Assembly: GCA_002269645.1 (NCBI GenBank)
Contig: NIVC01001678.1
Coordinates: forward strand, 187,340 to 251,339
Reading direction: 5' to 3'
Origin: Macrostomum lignano
Taxonomy: Eukaryota
Length of the DNA stretch: 64,000 nucleotides
Shown here: piece by piece, positions 12,026 through 25,769 of the stretch
How the letters are laid out: each line of letters begins with the position of its first letter
Numbering within the stretch: position 1 is the first letter of the stretch
The notes under the pieces: generated by a model
The model's input: the letters and a program-made list of their open reading frames with translations, nothing else
Database searches by the model: none
Told to the model about the DNA's origin: nothing
Position numbers and translations under genes: made by a program

Positions 12026-13389
12026 AGTTAATACAGCTTTAACTGATTAGGATTTGGGCTTCAAAGTTACACTCCTGAATTATTTTCAAGGTGGGAATCA
12101 TTTCATTGTGCAATATCATGAGCTTTATGAGTCCGCTCAAACGGCATTCCAATAATTCTCAAAAAACTTTGCAGAACTTTCATGCTGCAAGTTTTCGTAA
12201 TTAAATCAGAAAAAAACTCAAACATGAATTTACTCCTAAATCAGCTACTGATGGTTGAAATGTAATATTATTTAATACCTTTAGAGTTTGAATTATTCCT
12301 ACATCTATCTATAAAACATTTATAAATATATAAATCTATCTATAAAAAACACACGCAGATGCCATCACGAGCTGTTTTGGACGAAGCCAAGCCAACAACG
12401 GCTAAGGTGCATGATATATGAAAAGACCAGTTGGATCGCGGTACGGACCGCTTAAAAGCGGCGTTACCGAGCAAGCCTGGCCAGAGACCCAGCGGGCACA
12501 TCTATCTGCTACCGCCTGCACTACACCAGCAACCCCAACTCATCGGATCCACGCCACTGCTCACCAGGCGTCCAGCGCAACTGCAGCACCGGTGGACAGC
12601 AGAAAGCGTTAAGCATGTGCTGCAGGTGGGCATAGGTCAAAGAAGAATAAGCGTCAGTCGATGCAATGCTTCGCCTATTCCCAGCAGGCCGACAATGACC
12701 CCGACGACGACCAGAATTGCACTAGCTCTAGCGACAGTGATGCAGAGAATTTGATGGATGAACTAAGAGGAAATAGACGGAAATTATTTCAACTTTGAAA
12801 GCAGGGTCAGGTAACGTTTTGTCCTTAATTCCTTAATCCTTAATTTCACTTCACTTTGATATGGATCCTTTTACAAATTAGGTAAATGCAAATTTACATA
12901 TTCCTCAAGCATGAATCGTGGAGGTGTTTTCAAAATGGAAAATAAAGCGATTGCCCTTTAATATTTCTGATATATTGTACTCGATTTTCTAATATTGACT
13001 GCCTTTGACTCTTACGAAATTGTAGGTTACAGTTATCATTAAAATCAAAGTTCATTGCAGCAGCAGGGCGGGGAGGAGCAGCAATGAACTTTGATTAATA
13101 TGGCCCGTGGATACATACACCGGTATTTAGTTCCTTCCTACTACAAGTAGAGTAAATAGGATTTACGTTGTTATTATTAATTCGACTGTCGAAGGGCGCA
13201 GGGTAAACGTAGTTGCCCCGACTGGACAAATTTTGCGCCAGTGCGCTAGACGCGCATCGAAGGGGCGTAAGATAAAACGTATGTTGAGACGTATAGAAAT
13301 TGCTCCACTGGGTAAGAGATTGGTGTGTAAGAGATGTAAGTAGAAGTGGTGAGGTTTTCATGTACAGTTTTGTGCAGAAAGGAATAGTT

Positions 13390-13810
13390 GTCAATAGCGA
13401 CTAGGTGGGCATTGAAGTGACACATTTACGCTCTAGAAAGCTCCCATCCAGATTGAATGTATTCTAACCAACGAATGCGCTCCAACTAGCAAAAGCTGAG
13501 GACACGACCCCAACTCAACCAATGAAAAACTGTTACGTACCATCCAATGCGATCAAGACTGAAAAGTACTATAAAAGCTTATGTTAACCAAGCAAGAAGC
13601 TCGCCCCTCTCCTCGCCCTAGCCTCTCTTTCGCCTCTCTTCTCCCTTCTCGCTATTCTAACTACTTTTGATTAACACAGCTAGGGTCTCAACCCAAACAC
13701 TAAAACTGATAAATTGACTCACTAAAACTAAAACAACAACCAACCCACGTTCCACAATAGACGGAACCTTCGGTTCACCCGAACACTTAGAAACCCCTTG
13801 GAACTCGAAC
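13390..13810 (+). promoter_or_regulatory. LTR-like/promoter-like segment (CCAAT boxes plus TATAAAA) ~700 bp upstream of ANK exon B
   Basis: CCAAT at 13519 and 13543, TATAAAAG at 13570, followed by a pyrimidine tract; boundaries uncertain. Confidence 0.35.
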
Positions 13811-14264
13811 AAAACGAGCTTCTTATTTGGAATTCCATCTTAGGCATTATATTTTGTAAGATACCATCTCGAGATTGTGACCATCAAATACAACGGTCTG
13901 TAAGTTACCATCAAGTGTTTGCATCATCAGGAAAAGTCAGTTGAATCCGCCGCCTTAGTTATTTGGCTCTCACATTGATATTTGAAGTAGAACAAGAGCC
14001 ATAGAAGTGAGAGACCAGAAGAAGAACAATGCCATAAATTTTAAAATATTTCAGTATGAGATTTTGAGTACTGTTGAATCCACGTATAGGCAACGTAGTT
14101 CCCTTTTCCGAGAACAATAGAAGCTGTTCATTTAGACATAAAGCAAGTTCCCCTTTCAAGTACAATAGACTCTTTGAGAGTACACACATGGCAAGTTCCC
14201 TTCTCAAAAAATACCAGCAAAATGCGGCGCTCCCCGCATTCCACAGCACCGATACCGAGCCAAA

Positions 14265-17200
14265 ATGGAAGCTCTTAGGAGAATATTGACAGCGATTGCA
14301 GCAGTTCTGATGCAGACCTTCGGACTTGATGAGACTAAGCCGGAGATCCTGAAAGACATTCGGTTCGGAAACACAAGAAAAATTTCGCGATACCTACAGA
14401 ATCCTTCTAACGTTGATAGGCTCTTCAGAATCAATGCGATGACAATCTCACCGCTTCACTTTGCATGTGAAATGGGAAAAGTGAAAATTGTCAAAATGTT
14501 TATTCAAGCCAAAGCTGACGTCGATCTTCAACAAAGCGATGGCTGCTCACCTCTCTACATTGCATCAGCGGAGGGTCACCACCAAGTTGTGAGCTCACTC
14601 ATCAAAGCACAAGCTGACGTCAATCTTCAACGAAACAATGGCGAGTCACCTCTCTACATCGCATCAGCGAAGGGTCACCACCAAGTTGTGAGCTCACTGA
14701 TCAAAGCACAAGCTGACGTCAATCTTCAACAAGTCGATGGCTGCTCACCTCTCTACATTGCATCGCATTATGGTCACCACCAAGTTGTGAGCTCACTGAT
14801 CAAAGCACAAGCTGACGTCAATCTTCAAAAAGTCTATGGCTGCTCACCTCTCTACATTGCATCACAGAATGGTTACCACCATATTGTGAGCTCACTCATC
14901 AAAGCACAAGCTGACGTCAATCTTCAACAAGTCGATGGCTGCTCACCTCTCTACATTGCATCACAGAATGGTCACCACCAAGTTGTGAGCTCACTCATCA
15001 AAGCACAAGCTGACATCAATCTTCAAGAAGTCGATGGCGACTCACCTCTCTGCATTGCATCACAGAATGGTTACCACCAAGTTGTGAGCTCACTCATCAA
15101 AGCACAAGCTGACGTCAATCTTCAAGCAGTCGATGGCTGCTCACCTCTCTACATTGCATCACAGAATGGTCACCACCAAGTTGTGAGCTCACTCATCAAA
15201 GTACAAGCTGACGTCAATCTTCAACATGTCAATGGCTGCTCACCTCTCTACACTGCATCACAGCAAGGTCATCACCAAATTGTAAGCTCACTCATTAAGG
15301 CACAAGCTGACGTCAATCTTCAACGAAACGATGGCCGCTCACCTCTCTACATTGCATCAGCAAAGGGTCACCACCAAGTTGTGAGGTCACTCATCAAAGC
15401 ACAAGCTGACGTCAATCTTCAAGAAAACGTTCATGGCTCGTCACCTCTCTGGATTGCATCACAAAATGGTCACCACCGAGTTGTGAGCTCACTCATCAAA
15501 GCACAAGCTGACACCAAGGTTGAGCATATTCATTATCAAGAAGTCGCTGAAAACACATCTGCTGTGGAAGAGCCACCGAAAGAGTCACTATTTGGGTAAT
15601 TTTCAGTCATTAGATTTGTTTTCTTCATTTTTTCGTTTTTCATGTTTTTTCGTTTTTGATTCTTAATAACTTTTTTATTAGTTTTTACGGGTTCGAAGTA
15701 GATTGTATAATAGTACCATCAAGTAGTAATGAGAGGCGGTTCTGTAAGGTGGAGCACCGCGCAAGTAGTATTGGTATATATTGAGAATGAACATCAAGTG
15801 AATGAGAGAACGTCACAACCGAAGTGAGTGTGTATGGTCATCCTCAATATATACCAATAAACTACTAAAAATATCTAGTTAGTGAAGCTGATGCAATAGG
15901 TAAAACAGCATCAGCAGCAAAGAACATATCTGATGCGAAGAAATCATACAGTAACATGTGTAAAGCAGGTGAGGAACTGGAATATATTAAAAAGAAACTT
16001 AGAGAAAAGGAAGCAAAGATAAGAATGCATGGAAGAAGAGCAGCAGATACAGTGTAGCCTCCTAATTAAACAAGGCTATTCAAGATATTGTTAAAATGGC
16101 TCGCTTCTAGGATCAACAGAACAGTCTCAAGTATCTTCAAGACAAGGCAATGGTTTGAAGAAATTCTCACATAAAAAATGAGCGAGAAAAATACTGAAGC
16201 AAGACTTAATCGCTGTATTGGTGAAGGAACTTCACGATATGTCAACTATAAATATAGCAATTTTCTCGGTGTATTATAGACACTGTGGAGAGAATGAAAA
16301 AGTTCCCCTTTCCGAGTACAATAGTTGGAATGATAGGAATTTAAGGTTTTTAGTGGTGGCAGTGGCAGTGGCACTGCCATTTGTCAAAGTTGTTATGCTT
16401 TTATTTTATGATTGGAGTTTAAAGTTTTAAGGGTAGCTGAGATCACTACCTAGAAAATAGGGTTACATACAAAATCAGAATAGTTTGGAAACTGCCAGTG
16501 CCACATCTGCCACACACCTTGGGCTGTCCAAAGAGTGGTGCCACATGCCACCGAATTGGAATTTAAGGTTTTTTACAGACCCCTATTTTTTAAGATATTT
16601 TGTAGTAGTATTGGTATATATTGAGGATGAACATCAAGTGAATGAGAGAACGTCACGACCGAAGGTAGTGTGTATGGTCATACTCAATATATACCAATAC
16701 TACTCCCACCCCACCTCCGGATGCCCTACCCAACCCCTAGCCTGCCCCACCCTGTTGTGTGTGTACTGTGTGCACTAATATCGCTATTCTATTGACTTCG
16801 TACTTTAGTGTACTACACTGTCTACTAGTCTACTCACACCCCGACAATATATATCGGCTTGTTAACCCAGTGTCTGGGTCTAAGGGTTCTCGTAGCTTGC
16901 AACTAACATGACTTAGCTTATTTCACTCCGGCCCGCCCCACCCCACCTCCGGCCGGCCCCACCCCACCTCCGGCCTGCCCCACCCCACCTCCGGCCTGCC
17001 CCACTTCAACCGGGGAGGCTTCACAAGCGCTAATTTTCATAACCGCTAACTCACCTACTTTCACAAGCGCTAAACTTCACAAGCGCTAAACTTCATAACT
17101 CACTTTCACAAGCGCTAAACTTCACAAGCGCTAAACTTCACAATAGCTACAAATTCGCCACCTACTTTCACAAACGCTAAATTTCACAAGCGCTAAACTT

Positions 17201-20200
17201 CAGAATAGCGAAACCACCTACTTTCACAAGCGCTAAACTTCACAAGCGCTGAACTTCACATTAGATACAAATTTGTCACCTACTTTCACAAGCGCTAAAC
17301 TTCACAAGCGCTAAACTTCACAACCGCTAAAACACAAATGTCGCCTACTTTCACAAGCGCTAAACTTCACAAACGCTAAACCTCACAACCGCTAAAACAC
17401 AAATGTCGCCTACTTTCACAAGCGCTAAACTTCACAAACGCTAACCTTTACAATCCCCAAAACACGAATGTCGGTTTCTTTTACAAGCGCTAAAATGTTA
17501 ATTTACTACATATACTAATATACTAATACTAATATACTATACTAATATACTAATATACTATTTTAGCGCTTGTGAAAGTAGCCGACATTCGTATTTTAGC
17601 GGTTTTTAACGTTTAGCGTTTGTGAAGTTTAGCGCTTGTGAAGTTTAGCGATTGTAAAAGTAGGCGACATTTGTGTTTTAGCGGTTGTGAAGTTTAGCGC
17701 TTGTGAAAGCAGGTGGTTTCGCTATTATGAAGTTTAGCGCTTGTGAAGTTTAGCGCTTGTGAAAGTCAATGTCGTTAGCGGTTATGAAAATTAGCGCTTG
17801 TGAAAGCGACCCCTTCAACCTACCGCCTGCCCCACTTCACCTCCAGGACTAAAATCTAAAGTCTCATCCTTATCGCTAAATCATTCCATTTCCTACCTGC
17901 CAGCCATACAACAGACACTCTACATGGAAAGTCATTTAAAATTCGACAATTTTTCAGGAACAAAACATGCAAACATTTGCTCTAAACTAAACTTAAAGGT
18001 TCAACTGCCTTCAATCAATTCATGCACTGTTCGGGAGAGCTGCCCTGTGCTACACAAATTATTCTGTTAACCCTTCTTGAAGTGCACGTTTTTCACCAAC
18101 AACTCACATTTTAGATTCAGTCCCAGCGACTCAGAGCTGAGCGAGCAGCTGCACTCAGCACTGGAGCAGTCAGGCTTCACCGAATCCCGAGCCGCATTGC
18201 AGAGCGCGGCTGCTGATGCCCTGCAGCAGATTCTGAGAAGTCGATTCAGATACGATGTCTTTTTTATCGTCGGCAGCTACTCAGAAGGCTGGGGCAACAG
18301 CCTGACGACACTGGACGGCAGAACTGACGCCCATTCCGACATTGATGTGATGCATTTGATTCCCGGCCGAAAATACCACCAGAGAGGCCTGTGCGAGTGC
18401 GATGGAGCTCCGGAGCAGCACGAGTTGGTGAACGGGCACATTCAGTGCTGCTCTGCAGGATTGCGTGAGTTCTCTCTTGGGAAGTGAACTGGTCTGTAAG
18501 GTCTGTTAGTGATTGCTTGAGACTCTCGTAGTGCTGAAGTCTTCTTTTTGTGTGCAAAGCATTGGTAGATTATGTGTAAAATGACAAGCGAAGGCAATTG
18601 CCGCCTAAAACTAAGTAAAGGGGAAAACCCGGAAAGTTAACAAAACACGGAACATATTTGATGAGTGATAAAATATTATTTAGTATTGAAAGTGCAAATT
18701 GACAGTAGAAGTTATTGTTTCAGAAGGTTCACAAAAAAATGGTTCAACCATGTCCTTGAGTTCTGTGTGCTGGTGTTGGTCTATTCTGGCAAGAATGTAA
18801 GAAAACTTGACAAGATTTTTTGTGTCAAATTTGAGTTGCATTGGTAAAAGAGGAGCAACACAATGAAGGGTTCTGTGAAAAATTGCGCTTTCAGCAGTTT
18901 TTTGCAGTTTTTGGCAAGAAAGGTTCGCATCAAGGGAATTTTGTGTCATTTGGTTGAGCAGTTTTAGTATGTTTGGGTCAGCTGCATATTGCTCAATCAG
19001 TACAAAGCATCACTGCACATACTCAGAGCTGTATTTTGCCTCATCTGGAACTCAATCGTTTTTACAGCCTCCAATCCTGCTCATGCGACACCCGGATTCA
19101 CACTGAGGCCAGCGCTGGACGATGTCTCCGCGTGCCATCTCTGCCGCTACCCGCCCATCACGCCGCTGCTGCCAAACCGCGTCTCGAACATCCCCCCTCG
19201 GGTCCTGGAGGCTCTCCAGAAGGTTCTCACCTCCGCCTTATCGCCCTGCCACGTTGTGCACGCAGCCTCTCCTGACCGAGGTGGCGAAGAGCTCCGCGTG
19301 AGCACCAGCTTCCTGGAGAACCGGATGCTGCGAAGTCTCTCTACCCTGCAAGGTCAACTGTTCGTCACACTCAAATACCTGGTCAAGAAGGTCATCTGTC
19401 ACAAGAATGGCTTCAATCAGCAAGGCTTGAAGTCCTACCACGTGAAGACCATCACCTTCCGAATGCTGGACGAGACGCCGGTCGAGCAGTGGAAGAAGGA
19501 GAACCTCGTGAGTCTCACGAGACAGTCGCTGCAGATGCTGCTCGACTGTGTGGAGAAGAGCCGAGAGCAGGACAGACAAACACCTGACACACCTGACCGA
19601 TCTCGGGGTCGCATCATGAATCATTTCTTTCTCAGCGATGCGGCCATCTACCTCAAGGGTGCGGACAAGGAGAGAGTGGACCAGCATTTAGACGGCATCA
19701 TGAGCACACTGAGAACAGTAATCTATCGGCTGCCCCAACTGCTGCAGCAGTTCATCGGCAGTCTCAGACCTGTGAGCGACTCAGGCACATTCTACTTCCA
19801 CCCGTTCCAAATCCTGCGGCTGCCGGATCTGAGGCCGACGCCCCTCACGGAGTCCAATACTCTCGAGTACCATCAGATCTACGACGTGGTGAGAGAGTGT
19901 CTGGTGCGTCTCTCTTGCAGTGACTGCAGCCCGCGATCTCAGGAGTCGCTCACAGAGCTGATTGCCAGACTCCCAGACTGCGCCCTCTCAGCACGGGAGG
20001 CTCTCAGAGCGCTGGCTTGCCTGAAGTTCGGCTACCGAGGAACTGCAGAGAGAGTCGTGAGCTTGTGCTCAGGTCACTCGGTGAGCAGAGGCATCGCTTG
20101 GTCTCGTGAGAAGTCGGCGACTGAAGCGACTGTGGAGTTCGTGATGCAGCATCTGAGCAGCCGCGACTCGGCGTGGAAGTTCTGCTTTCGGTTCGACCAG

Positions 20201-20545
20201 CGACCGAAACTCGAATTCTTGACAGGAGATCTGAGGGAGTGCTTTCCCCTCCGGTTGTCATTCAGTGCTGACTATTTCTACATGAACTTTGACGCTCTGC
20301 TGTGGGCTCTGCGGCTTGAGCTGCGGACTGATGGAGAAGCGCGCGCTCAAGACTGGATCCGGGATGTGGCGGAGAGAGAGGACTCGGATGAGCAGGAGCT
20401 GCTGGTTGCCGCTTTTTATACTTCGAATCCGGAGCTGCTCAAGGAAATAATAAAGAAGCTGAAGGTGATGAAAGCAGTTCTTCGTGATGGGCTGAAGAAG
20501 AGACTGCTGGAAAAATGGCCATTTTTAAGGGCTGAATGGCAGTAA
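14265..20545 (+). CDS. cGLR: Ankyrin-repeat / Mab-21 nucleotidyltransferase (cGAS-like receptor) fusion, join(14265..15595,18115..18464,19068..20545), 1052 aa
   Basis: Exon 1 has 11 ANK repeats and ends TTT GG|GTAATT (phase 2). Acceptor CATTTTAG|ATTC at 18115 (phase 2) leads into the NTase motif GSYSEG...SDIDV; donor TTGC|GTGAGT at 18464 (phase 1). Acceptor TTTTTACAG|CC at 19068 (phase 1) leads into Mab-21 motifs DDVSAC, LRVSTSFLENRML, LKSYHVKTITFRML, W, MNHFFL. Total 3159 nt = 1053 codons. The cGLR part is high confidence; the ANK splice is inferred. Confidence 0.8.
17012..17812. mobile_element. Second foldback element (arm unit TTCACAAGCGCTAAAC) inside intron 1 of ANK-cGLR, 8-bp TSD
   Basis: TIR GGGGAGGCTTCACAAGCGCTAATTTTCATAACCGCTAAC vs rc GGGTCGCTTTCACAAGCGCTAATTTTCATAACCGCTAAC; CTTCAACC at 17004-17011 and 17813-17820; (TACTAA)n centre. 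Confidence 0.85.
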
Positions 20546-21764
20546 AAACTGTAGCAACTTTTTTATAACATAAAAAACTTTTGTGTCCCAGATGACGATG
20601 AGCTGGTAATTAATATGCCTTATATAACTTCATCCTTAATAACTTTGACTAGAACTGTTTATATGTACATAAACAGCCAGAATATGTACATAAATTTGTC
20701 AACAATAAAGTTAACCAATTCTGCTTTCCTTTTGCACTCTTGTGTTTTAAATCATTCCAATTCCTATTCACCTTGCTCTAGTAAAAATATTTAAATAATT
20801 CACAAAATTATTGCAAGACTTTTAAATATTTATTTCGCTTTGTTGAAATGTTCCCATAATCGTTTTCAGCTTCTTTCGTCAATATTTAATTTAATTATTT
20901 GTTATTGGTGTCCTGTTACTCACATTCATGAAAATTCCATCTAAGGAAGAAGTGCACTGTTTGAATTTTACTTTCCATGCTTCATTTAAAAATTAGAGTT
21001 TAGTCAGTCAGTGTAAGCCCTCGTTTCCTTTGTTCTGATTAGCTTAATCTCTTTGGAGTTTACACTTAAGATCGCCTATGGCTGTAATCTCCTTGAACAC
21101 AATTGAAGACTTGATTTCTTATCCAAACAGAGATATCAGTAACTACGGGGGCGAAGGCTAGACGGTTAGACTTAGCGGATTACTCTGGTTGCGTTAGAGC
21201 ATCTGGTCTCCGCTTGTCAACCGTCCAGGTCAAGTTGCCGCCTCGCCTTTGATGTCTGTCTGAAATTGATGAGAGCTGCTGTAGCTTTGCCATGCGCTGC
21301 GTGCACTATTGTAGGCTCAGTCTATTTGCCCTTTCTATTGTTCTTGTTTTCCCATGCCTGCTCTAAGTTTAACTCTTACAGCCCCTATAGGCCTTACTTT
21401 TGTAGGCTGAAACTTCTAAATTTCTGAGCCGTATATCACTTCCCCCTTTTTGAAGTCCTTGCGTAGCAGCAGGATTTCCATCTTGCCTTCTCCTGGTGTG
21501 CGCTCTGACTTTTGTGAAACTGAAATTAATGGGGGTTAGAAATTCGCGGCGAAGTGCAGCTGCGAACTATCGTATTAAAGAAGAGGAAATATTCATCAAG
21601 AGGAATAATTGTTATATCAATATTGAATAGTGGCTACAGAAAAATGTAGCCAAGGCCTTAAAATCAGTCTTGCGTGTTCAATCCTTTGCTTTTCGGAGAG
21701 ACAGAAGGTAGCGGACAAAACCTAAAAAAATATCCGCTATAGTCAGTCAGTCGGTCAGTCAGTC

Positions 21765-23035
21765 ATTCTGGGGCTCCAATGCATTCTGGGACAATCTGGG
21801 GCTCCAATGCATTCTGGGCCAATCTGGGGCTCCAATGCATTCTGGGACAATCTGGGGCTCCAATGCATTCTGGGACAATCTGGGGCTCCAATGCATTCTG
21901 GGACAATCTGGGGCTCCAATGCATTCTGGGCCAATCTGGGGCTCCAATGCATTCTGGGCCAATCTGGGGCTCCAATGCATTCTGGGCCAATCTGGGGCTC
22001 CAATGCATTCTGGGCCAATCTGGGGCTTCAATGCATTCTGGGCCAATCTGGGGCTCCAATGCATTCTGGGACAATCTGGGGCTCCAATGCATTCTGGGCC
22101 AATCTGGGGCTTCAATGCATTCTGGGACAATCTGGGGCTCCAATGCATTCTGGGCCAATCTGGGGCTCCAATGCATTCTGGGCCAATCTGGGGCTCCAAT
22201 GCATTCTGGGACAATCTGGGGCTCCAATGCATTCTGGGCCAATCTGGGGCTCCAATGCATTCTGGGCCAATCTGGGGCTCCAATGCATTCTGGGCCAATC
22301 TGGGGCTCCAATGCATTCTGGGCCAATCTGGGGCTCCAATGCATTCTGGGCCAATCTGGGGCTCCAATGCATTCTGGGCCAATCTGGGGCTTCAATGCAT
22401 TCTGGGACAATCTGGGGCTCCAATGCATTCTGGGCCAATCTGGGGCTCCAATGCATTCTGGGACAATCTGGGGCTCCAATGCATTCTGGGCCAATCTGGG
22501 GCTCCAATGCATTCTGGGACAATCTGGGGCTCCAATGCATTCTGGGCCAATCTGGGGCTCCAATGCATTCTGGGCCAATCTGGGGCTCCAATGCATTCTG
22601 GGACAATCTGGGGCTCCAATGAATTCTGGGCCAATCTGGGGCTCCAATGCATTCTGGGCCAATCTGGGGCTCCGTGGATTCTGTGGCTCCAGTGGATTCT
22701 GGGGCTCCAGTGGATTCTGGGGCTCCAGTGCATTCTGGGGCTCCAGTGCATTCTGGGGCTCCAGTGCATTCTGGGGCTCCAGTGGATTCTGGGGCTCCAG
22801 TGCATTCTGGGGCTCCGTGGATTCTGGGGCTCCAGTGCATTCTGGGGCTCCAGTGCATTCTGGAGCTCCGTGGATTCTGGGGCTCCGTGGATTCTGGGGC
22901 TCCAGTGCATTCTGGGGCTCCGTGGATTCTGGGGCTCCAGTGCATTCTGGGGCTCCAGTGGATTCTGGGGCTCCAGTGCATTCTGGGGCTCCGTGGATTC
23001 TGGGGCTCCAGTGCATTCTGGGGCTCCAGTGGATT
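21765..23035. repeat. Minisatellite: 28-bp CTGGGGCTCCAATGCATTCTGGGCCAAT changing at ~22670 to an 18-bp derivative
   Basis: Direct; explains the cluster of long spurious ORFs at 21755-23239. Confidence 0.95.
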
Positions 23036-24198
23036 CCTGGAACTGCAGATGGGCGTCAAAAACCCCGGCGGCAAAAAAACTGCATGGCGCGAGAATCTTA
23101 TAAAGTGGAGCACAGAAAATTGCAGGTCAATTTCATGTACCCGATTCTATCTCTACTTCCGTTGCGCATATATTTGTCGAATCTTGGTAATGGAAATTTT
23201 TCAGTACTTTTAATTACAAGCAGCTTTCAAAGTTTTTAAACATTCAATTTTATATTCCAAAATCGAACTGTGATGGGGCTTTTAGGACAGACTTGGCCAC
23301 TGCCTCCATAATCCCATCAATTCTATCTGCATTCTTCCCAAAGAAATCTGGGAAAAAAAGCGTCCACTTAGTTCGAGAATCCTCCAACAATATAATTTTA
23401 CTCGCGGATTGCTTAATTCCCCAATAAATGACTTTTACAAAAATTTACATCGAAAAATTAGAATAAAAAAATTGCCAGCTGTTTCACAAGATTCCCACTA
23501 TGAACGTCACGGGCCTCATTGCAAATCCAGAAAAAAAGAATTTCTTGGCCAAAATTCATAAGTTCCCGCGCAGGCAACGCATAGGTAAGTCTGGTACCGT
23601 GAGCTGAGCTGGTCTGTCCCCCGCATTCAGTGAGTCATCTGGAACAAAATCTTTGATTTTCCCGCAGCTCTCCAACGCATGCTAGAAAAAATCTGCAGCT
23701 CTGGGCTCATGCAGCTGCTGCAGTGCTCACTTCTCTCTGCCTGCACACACAGCTCCCCACACACTCTTGTTGCAGCCCCCCAATAAACCTTGCAAACTTA
23801 ATTCTGCTCCTATTTTCAGAATATTCTCAACGTCTGAGCATTTTATTTTGTCAGCACGAGAAAAAACCGGATCATAAACTAAATTGCGAAGCATCTGCTC
23901 AAGAAAAAGTGAGGCTGCCATAAAGCTGACTCAGCCGGAAAAAAGTCACTGTGTTTCCATTTTTTCTCTTGTGAGAAATCTCTTGCTATTTCTTTCTCTT
24001 TCTGTTTCCCTTCTCGCAAGCCAGTCTATAGTCGGTATGTAAGCTTCAGATGCACGCAAAGGTCAACAGAATCAAATGGGAAAACGTCTTGTCTATGGCT
24101 TAAAGTGGCCGAGAATTTGCTTTGGTCACGGAGGAAATTCCGTGCAACTTGAAGTCCCGTGTGTCTCGACCTCTTCATGCAAATGTCGTTTATAAGTT

Positions 24199-25074
<876 letters not shown>

Positions 25075-25769
25075 TCAGTGAATGCCCTGGCTGCGCCGGT
25101 TCACGCCGACATCCAGCGGAATGCTGTCTCGACCAGGGATGGCGGCCTGGAAGCCCCTCCTGATGTTGAGAGCGGGGAGGCGACTATCAACATTGTCCGG
25201 GTCGATGTGGATGTTGGTGACGTCGCGGCGGACGAAGTCCAAATGCGGGATTAGAGTTTTCATTGGCATAAAGCCAAAGGGGGCGTTATTTAACGTTTTA
25301 TCTCTGATAAGTCGAGAAGCGGATTTCGGAAGAAGAGACGCTTACGGCGGTCTTTTACTCCAGCACACTAGATCAGATGAAGCTCGCATATGTGATGCTG
25401 GGCCGGATGACACCGGTATAAATCCAACGGACCGTTCTTGGTGAGAGGCCCCAAGTCGGCCCGATGGCTCTGCGCAACTGGGCGAAGCAGCGTTTTGCCC
25501 GACCAGTGACGTTGTCAAGGTGCTTCGACTGCTTCGTCCAGCGCAAGTTTGGATGTGCGAGAGCAGAGAAAGAAAAGATATTTGCTAGGAGTTAAGCAAG
25601 CAGTCAGTAAAAGTATTAAGTTGAAAGATTTTTTAGCTAAGTCAACCACCCTTTTCCGATTTCATTGGGAAAATACAGATAAAACTAACGGGAGTCAGTG
25701 AAAAATTCTGTCCTAAAAGGCCTCTCATAGCAACTGCTAGTATCGCATTGAGTATTTTGTATCTTTTAG

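Noticed and set aside
12418-12754. ORFs of 64 and 107 aa
   Set aside because: No recognisable domain, an upstream in-frame stop, and no consistent exon structure.
13044-13095. 15-bp-stem hairpin as a Helitron 3' end or terminator
   Set aside because: No following CTRR end, and rho-independent terminators are irrelevant in this eukaryotic context; left unexplained.
18989-19067. ORF-track start of the 518-aa Mab-21 ORF
   Set aside because: Non-ATG start lying in intron 2; the exon begins at the TTTTTACAG acceptor (19068). Likewise 18077-18114 is intronic.
21755-23239. Seven overlapping 170-490-aa ORFs on both strands
   Set aside because: All are translations of the 28/18-bp minisatellite; no unique coding context.
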